A stretch of DNA of 64,000 bases from Alphaproteobacteria bacterium (GTDB lineage: Bacteria > Pseudomonadota > Alphaproteobacteria > UBA828): positions 576,001 through 640,000 of the forward strand of contig CBDCQT010000013.1 in NCBI GenBank assembly GCA_965220745.1, read 5' to 3'. The translations under genes and the position numbers were made by a program. The stretch's first letter is position 1. Each line of letters begins with the position of its first letter. The notes under the pieces are model-generated. The model saw only the letters and a list, made by a program, of their open reading frames with translations, was not told the DNA's origin and ran no database searches. Shown here piece after piece: positions 59,080 to 64,000 of the stretch.

Positions 59080-62000
59080 TTGGAAACTCGCGAACTCTTC
59101 TGGGAGATAAGCTCCCTCGGCCACACGCTCTTCTTCGTGGTGGCGGGCGCGGCGATGGCGGTCGCCTTCGCCGGTGTCGTCTGGCACGTCTACCGCTACG
59201 CCCGCGCACGGCGCAGCCCGGTCCCCGTCCACCCGTGGCGCGGCTTCTGGTGCATGGTGTTCGATGTCTTCTCTCAGCGGACCGTGCACCGGCGCGACCG
59301 GGCCGCCGGCCATGCCCACACGCCGATCCTCTACGGCTTTCTCCTGCTCCTTGCCGCCACCAGCATCATCACGGTCGAGTACGACATTTCGGAGCCCTTC
59401 TTCGGCTTCACCTTCTGGCACGGCGACTTCTACCTCGCCTTCAGCCTGATCGCTGATCTCGCCGGCCTCGGGCTGATCGTGGGCGTCGTCTACATGATGT
59501 GGCGCCGCTGGCAGGTCCGGCCCCCAAAACTCGCCTACCGGCGGGAGTATCGCGGCGAAACGGAGACACGCCCGCGCGCCCGCGCCTGGGAGTGGGACGA
59601 CACGTTGTTTCTCTGGGCACTGCTCCTGATCGGGGTGACCGGCTTCCTGCAGGAGGCCGTGCGCCTCGCCATGGACCAGCCTCCCTGGGGGCCGTGGTCG
59701 CCGGTCGGCTGGGTGCTCGCCCAGATCTTCCTGGGGCTCGGCATGGACGAAGCCGCGGCCGCCGCCGTGCGCCGGGCCAATTGGTGGATTCACGGCATCG
59801 CAGCCCTGGCCTTCATTGCGGGCATTCCCTGGACCAAGGCCAAGCACATCCTCGCCGTGCTCGGCTCGCTGTCCACCCGCGACTCCCTCGCCCTGCGCCG
59901 CCTGCCCAAGCCCGCGCCCGCCCGCGCAGCCGCCGCAGACGACGCCGAGCCGGAGCCGGAGGTCGGCTTCGGCAGCATCGCCCAGTTCTCGTGGAAGGAC
60001 CTGCTCAACCTCGACGCCTGCACCAAGTGCGGGCGCTGCCACGAGGCCTGCCCGGCCACCGCCAGCGGCGCACCGCTCAGCCCGCGCGATCTGATCCTCG
60101 ACCTGCGCGCCCATGCCGCGCAGAGCGCCTTCAGGCCGGGGGCGAACGGCGCTGCGCTGATCGGCGACGTGATCGAGGCGGAGACCCTCTGGTCCTGCCG
60201 CTCCTGTGGCGCCTGCATGGAGATCTGCCCGGTCGGCATCGAGCACCCGCCGATGATCGTGCAGATGCGGCGTCAGCTGGTCGAGGACGGCGCCATGGAG
60301 CAGCAGCTCCGCGATACCCTCGACATGATCGCCAACCGCGGCAACAGCTTCGGCGAGAGCCCGCGCAGCCGCGGTGGCTGGACCTCCGCCCTGGAGTTCC
60401 CGGTCAAGGACGTCCGGAGCGAGCCCGCCGAAAACCTCTGGTTCGTCGGCGACTACGCTTCTTACGACCCGCGCAACCAGGATGTCTCGCGCACGGTCGC
60501 GCGGCTCTTCCGCGCTGCCGGCCTCGACTTCGGCCTGCTCTACGAGAGCGAGCGGACCGCCGGCAACGACGTGCGCCGGGTCGGCGAGGAAGGGCTCTTC
60601 GAATCCCTCGCGGAGCACAACCTGGAGGCGATGGGCGCGGCCAAGCAGTTCGCCACGATCGTCACCACCGACCCCCACAGCTACAACACCATCCGCAACG
60701 AATACCCCGACTTCGGCGATGTCGCGCCCATCCGCCACTACACGAGCGTCCTCGCGGAGCTGCTGGAGAGCGGGCGCCTCACCGTCGTCAAGTCGCTCGG
60801 CAGGCGGGTGACGCTCCACGACCCCTGCCATCTCGGCCGGTTCAACGGCCACTACGACGAGCCGCGCCGGGTCCTGGAGCTGATCGGCTGCGAGCTGGTC
60901 GACATGCCCCGCTGCCGCGACAACTCCTTCTGCTGCGGCGCCGGCGGCGGGCGCATCTGGATCCCCGATCCGGTCGGCAAGGAGCGGCCCGCCGAGAACC
61001 GGATGCACGAAGCGGCGTCTCTCGGTAATCTCGATACCTTCGTCGTCTGCTGCCCCAAGGACCTGACCATGTTCGAGGACGCCCGCAAGACCAGCGGCCA
61101 CGAAGGCGACTTCGTCGTCCAGGACCTGGCGGAGCTGGTCGCTGAGGCCATCGACCTGAAGAGCATCGACCTCAAGGAGGTGCCGGCCCTGGTCGATCGT
61201 ATCACCGAGGCCGCCGCGACCCGCATCGCCGACACCGTGGCGGACCGGCTGGCCGAGCGCCTCGCCGAAACCGTGACCGAGCGGGTGCTGAGCGAGCTCG
61301 CCCAGCGCGCGCCCACTGTTGCCGCAGCCGCCGCGGCGCCGCAGCCAGCAACGGCGCCCGAGAATGAAGCTGAGCAGCAGGCTGAGGCGGCGCCCGCAGC
61401 CGGGCCGTGGCGCGCGGCCCCGGTCAGCGCGGCGACGCTGCCGCCCTACGAGGTGCCGGCGAAGGACGGCCCCCGCGTGCTCGTCGCGGTCAAGCGGGTC
61501 GGCGAGCTGAATCCCGAGTTCGCAATTGACGAGGCCAACCGCACCATCGATGACGAGCACTTCGAGTACGAGTTGAACGAGTGGGACGAGGCGGCGCTGG
61601 AGGAAGCCCTGCTGCTGACCGAGAAGCTCGACGCAGGCGAGGTGGTCGCCGTCACCATCGGCCCGGACGATGCCGAGGAGACCCTGCGCCGCGCGCTGGC
61701 CAAGGGGGCGCACCGGGGCGTCCGGGTGTGGGATGAGAGCCTGCGCGACGCCGACCCGGTGACCCTCGCCCGTGTGCTCGCGGGAGTCGCCGCGCAGGAG
61801 ACGCCAGACATCGTGCTCACTGGCGCGCAGTCGGCCGATCTCGGCCACGGCGCCACGGGCTCGGCGCTGGCCCGTATCCTGGGCCTGCCGCACGCGGCCG
61901 TGGTTCTCGGCATCGAGTGGGACGGCGTGGACGCGATGACCGTCACCCGCGAGCTCGAAGGCGGCATGCGCCAGCAGCTCTCCCTGCCCGCACCGGCGCT

Positions 62001-62244
62001 GCTCACCGTCCAGACCGGCGGCAGCACGCCGCGCTACGCCACCATGCGCATGATCAAGCAGGCCAGGAAGAAGCCCATTGCCGTGGTGGATGGCACGGGC
62101 GTCGGTCTCGAACAGGCGGGCGCGGTCGTGCGCCGGCTCTACGAGCCGCCCAAGTCCGGGCGCGCGGCGATGATCGAGGGCGACGCGGCCGCCGTCGCCA
62201 AGGCCATCGCGGACATCATTCGGGACAAGCGAGGAGAGGTGTGA
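59080..62244 (+). CDS. Membrane Fe-S oxidoreductase (FadF/HdrD-like: TM domain + 2x[4Fe-4S] + CCG domains) fused to ETF beta subunit
   Basis: Five TMs with His residues; CTKCGRCHEACP, CRSCGACMEICP, HDPCHLGR, CCGAGGG; then VLVAVKRV..NEWDE.ALEEA..ALAKGA..GAQSAD..PRY (EtfB). Confidence 0.88.
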   Translation: METRELFWEISSLGHTLFFVVAGAAMAVAFAGVVWHVYRYARARRSPVPVHPWRGFWCMVFDVFSQRTVHRRDRAAGHAHTPILYGFLLLLAATSIITVEYDISEPFFGFTFWHGDFYLAFSLIADLAGLGLIVGVVYMMWRRWQVRPPKLAYRREYRGETETRPRARAWEWDDTLFLWALLLIGVTGFLQEAVRLAMDQPPWGPWSPVGWVLAQIFLGLGMDEAAAAAVRRANWWIHGIAALAFIAGIPWTKAKHILAVLGSLSTRDSLALRRLPKPAPARAAAADDAEPEPEVGFGSIAQFSWKDLLNLDACTKCGRCHEACPATASGAPLSPRDLILDLRAHAAQSAFRPGANGAALIGDVIEAETLWSCRSCGACMEICPVGIEHPPMIVQMRRQLVEDGAMEQQLRDTLDMIANRGNSFGESPRSRGGWTSALEFPVKDVRSEPAENLWFVGDYASYDPRNQDVSRTVARLFRAAGLDFGLLYESERTAGNDVRRVGEEGLFESLAEHNLEAMGAAKQFATIVTTDPHSYNTIRNEYPDFGDVAPIRHYTSVLAELLESGRLTVVKSLGRRVTLHDPCHLGRFNGHYDEPRRVLELIGCELVDMPRCRDNSFCCGAGGGRIWIPDPVGKERPAENRMHEAASLGNLDTFVVCCPKDLTMFEDARKTSGHEGDFVVQDLAELVAEAIDLKSIDLKEVPALVDRITEAAATRIADTVADRLAERLAETVTERVLSELAQRAPTVAAAAAAPQPATAPENEAEQQAEAAPAAGPWRAAPVSAATLPPYEVPAKDGPRVLVAVKRVGELNPEFAIDEANRTIDDEHFEYELNEWDEAALEEALLLTEKLDAGEVVAVTIGPDDAEETLRRALAKGAHRGVRVWDESLRDADPVTLARVLAGVAAQETPDIVLTGAQSADLGHGATGSALARILGLPHAAVVLGIEWDGVDAMTVTRELEGGMRQQLSLPAPALLTVQTGGSTPRYATMRMIKQARKKPIAVVDGTGVGLEQAGAVVRRLYEPPKSGRAAMIEGDAAAVAKAIADIIRDKRGEV

Positions 62245-63209
62245 TGGCCGGGATCCTCGTCGTCGCTGAGCACTTCGACGGTCTCCTGCGCGACGTCACG
62301 CTGGAGATGATCGGCGCTGCCGCCGAGATCAAGGACGGCCTCGGCGGCCCGCTCGCCGTCCTCGTCATCGGTCAGGATGCGAACAGCCTCGCCGCCGCCG
62401 CCAACCTGGAGGGAGTCGACGAGATCGTCACCGTCGCGCAGGCGGACGCGCATTTCGATCCCGCGCTCTATGAGGAAGCGGTTTGCGCCGTCGCCGAGGC
62501 GCGGCAGGTCCGGCTCGTCCTGATCGGCCACACCGCCGCCGGCATGGCTTTCGGGCCGGCGGTCGCCGCGCGGCTCGGCTCGGGCTTCGCGTCCGATGTC
62601 TTCGGACTCGCGCTCGACGGCGGCGAGCCCATCGCGACCCGCAGCGGTTACGGCGGCAAGGTCTCGATGGACCTGGCCTTCCCCGAGAAGCCCGTGATCG
62701 TGCTGACGCTTCGCGGCGCGACCTTCAAGGTGCCGGAGGCGGCAGGCGGTGCGAGCATCGTGCCTTTCGCGGTCGAGCTCGACGCCGTGCCCGGCGCCGG
62801 CCGCCACATCGACTATCTGCCGGCCCCGCCCGCCGACGTGGATATCGGCAAGGCGGAGTTCATTCTCTCGGTCGGCCGCGCCCTCGGCGAAGACAAGAAC
62901 CTGTCTCAGTTCGCGGCGCTTGCGGAGCGGCTCGGCGCCACCCTCGGTTGCTCGCGCCCGGTCGCAGACTCGGGCTGGCTGCCCAAGGCCCACCAGGTCG
63001 GCCAGTCGGGCACGATCGCTGGCAATTGCTCGCTCTATCTGGCCTTGGGTATCTCCGGCGCGGTCCAGCACTTGGCCGGCATGAAGCACGTGGACACCAT
63101 CATCGCGGTCAACACCGACCCGGAGGCGCCGATCTTCAACGTGGCCCACCACGGCGCCTGCGTGGATATCTTCGAGCTGGCCGAGGCCCTGGAGCGTGAG
63201 TTCAACTGA
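62244..63209 (+). CDS. etfA: Electron transfer flavoprotein subunit alpha
   Basis: ILVVAEH, SRPV, QVGQSG, GISGAVQH.AGM, AVNTDPEAPIF. Confidence 0.93.
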   Translation: MAGILVVAEHFDGLLRDVTLEMIGAAAEIKDGLGGPLAVLVIGQDANSLAAAANLEGVDEIVTVAQADAHFDPALYEEAVCAVAEARQVRLVLIGHTAAGMAFGPAVAARLGSGFASDVFGLALDGGEPIATRSGYGGKVSMDLAFPEKPVIVLTLRGATFKVPEAAGGASIVPFAVELDAVPGAGRHIDYLPAPPADVDIGKAEFILSVGRALGEDKNLSQFAALAERLGATLGCSRPVADSGWLPKAHQVGQSGTIAGNCSLYLALGISGAVQHLAGMKHVDTIIAVNTDPEAPIFNVAHHGACVDIFELAEALEREFN

Positions 63210-63230
63210 TCCGCTGCCCCGCCTCTGCCC

Positions 63231-64000
63231 TCACTGCAGCGGCATCGAGCGTTCCAGCACGCGAATCCGGCTGAAGAGCTGGTCGCGGTCCACGTAGCAG
63301 CCCTGCAGGTGCCGCCGTCCGGTCGACGGATCGAAGGCGGCGCGCCCGTGCAGCACGCGGCGGTTATCGAAGATCAGGAGCTCGCCCGGGCTGAGCCGGT
63401 AGTGACACTCCAGAGCTGGGTCGCGAATCACCGCCCCGAAGGCGCGCAACGCGCGACAGAGTGCCCCCATCCGATTGGTCGGCGCCCGAACGGCTCCCAT
63501 CACGGCGAAGTTGAACCGCACTTCCGTAACCGCGCCGGCGTCATCCAGAGCAATGGCCGGTGCCCGGAAGCGAATGTCCGACTCGCTGTCCTGGAAGCGG
63601 AAGTCGATTGGCGTCCCACTGAGAAATCGGAAGGCGGCAGGGTCTTGCGAGCGCAGCGTCTCCGCCGCCCGAAAGCCGTCCACGAGGATCGAGTCGCCGC
63701 CCTCGGCGCCGTTCTCCAGGCAGTGCAACAACTGGTAGTCCGGCGGCCGCTCCCAGTTGGGGAGGTCGGTATGGCACAGCAGCCCGAGCGCCGTATAGGC
63801 GTTGCTGTTGGGCTCTTGCTTCGAGAGCACATCGAAATGTTCGCCGAAATTGGTCGCCCGTGCCGGACCAATGAGACCCGCGAGGCTGAGAACGCTGAGC
63901 GGCTCGCGCGGGGTGTTGCGTAGGACAGCCACTCCGTGGTCGCGCAGGAGGCGCAGCCAGTCCAGCAGCGCGTCGTCGCTGCTTGTAACCGCGTTGTAGT
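63231..64000 (-). CDS. TauD/TfdA family dioxygenase (gamma-butyrobetaine hydroxylase-like), 5' truncated by window edge
   Basis: AYT..L..HTD, QLLHC, GG.S..VDGF, FDNRRVLHGR, RHLQGCY. Confidence 0.88.
   Translation of the reverse strand, partial: YNAVTSSDDALLDWLRLLRDHGVAVLRNTPREPLSVLSLAGLIGPARATNFGEHFDVLSKQEPNSNAYTALGLLCHTDLPNWERPPDYQLLHCLENGAEGGDSILVDGFRAAETLRSQDPAAFRFLSGTPIDFRFQDSESDIRFRAPAIALDDAGAVTEVRFNFAVMGAVRAPTNRMGALCRALRAFGAVIRDPALECHYRLSPGELLIFDNRRVLHGRAAFDPSTGRRHLQGCYVDRDQLFSRIRVLERSMPLQ

Overview
High-GC, alphaproteobacterial-looking chromosomal window. This is inferred from the split F0 atpIBEF'F operon, the mutY-DUF721-dsbA-smc block and a SAM-II/alpha riboswitch before metZ. Housekeeping genes (atp F0, smc, mutY, guaA, metZ, tRNA-Arg-CCT, tRNA-Pro-GGG) are interleaved with many catabolic genes. 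Best-supported unusual elements: (1) a complete 2934-bp IS1-family-type element (53219-56152) with 23-bp terminal inverted repeats and a perfect 8-bp target duplication. It carries a translationally coupled pair, an XRE-HTH/HExxH metallopeptidase plus an unknown protein, which is a candidate new toxin-antitoxin or defence module. (2) An AT-rich orphan gene with an exonuclease-like fold and a C-terminal TM helix, bracketed by 76-bp imperfect direct repeats (7835-9300). (3) A ~15-kb catabolic region between two inward-facing tRNAs, in which the IlvD-, PanB- and transaldolase-like enzymes all have remodelled active-site motifs and sit next to a MocD/MocE-like oxygenase, a MocR regulator and a TRAP transporter. 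(4) A membrane Fe-S oxidoreductase fused to EtfB. (5) An orphan DNA methyltransferase inside the conserved DUF721-dsbA-smc block. No CRISPR array or rRNA was seen. All family calls come from motif recognition by eye; no database search was run.
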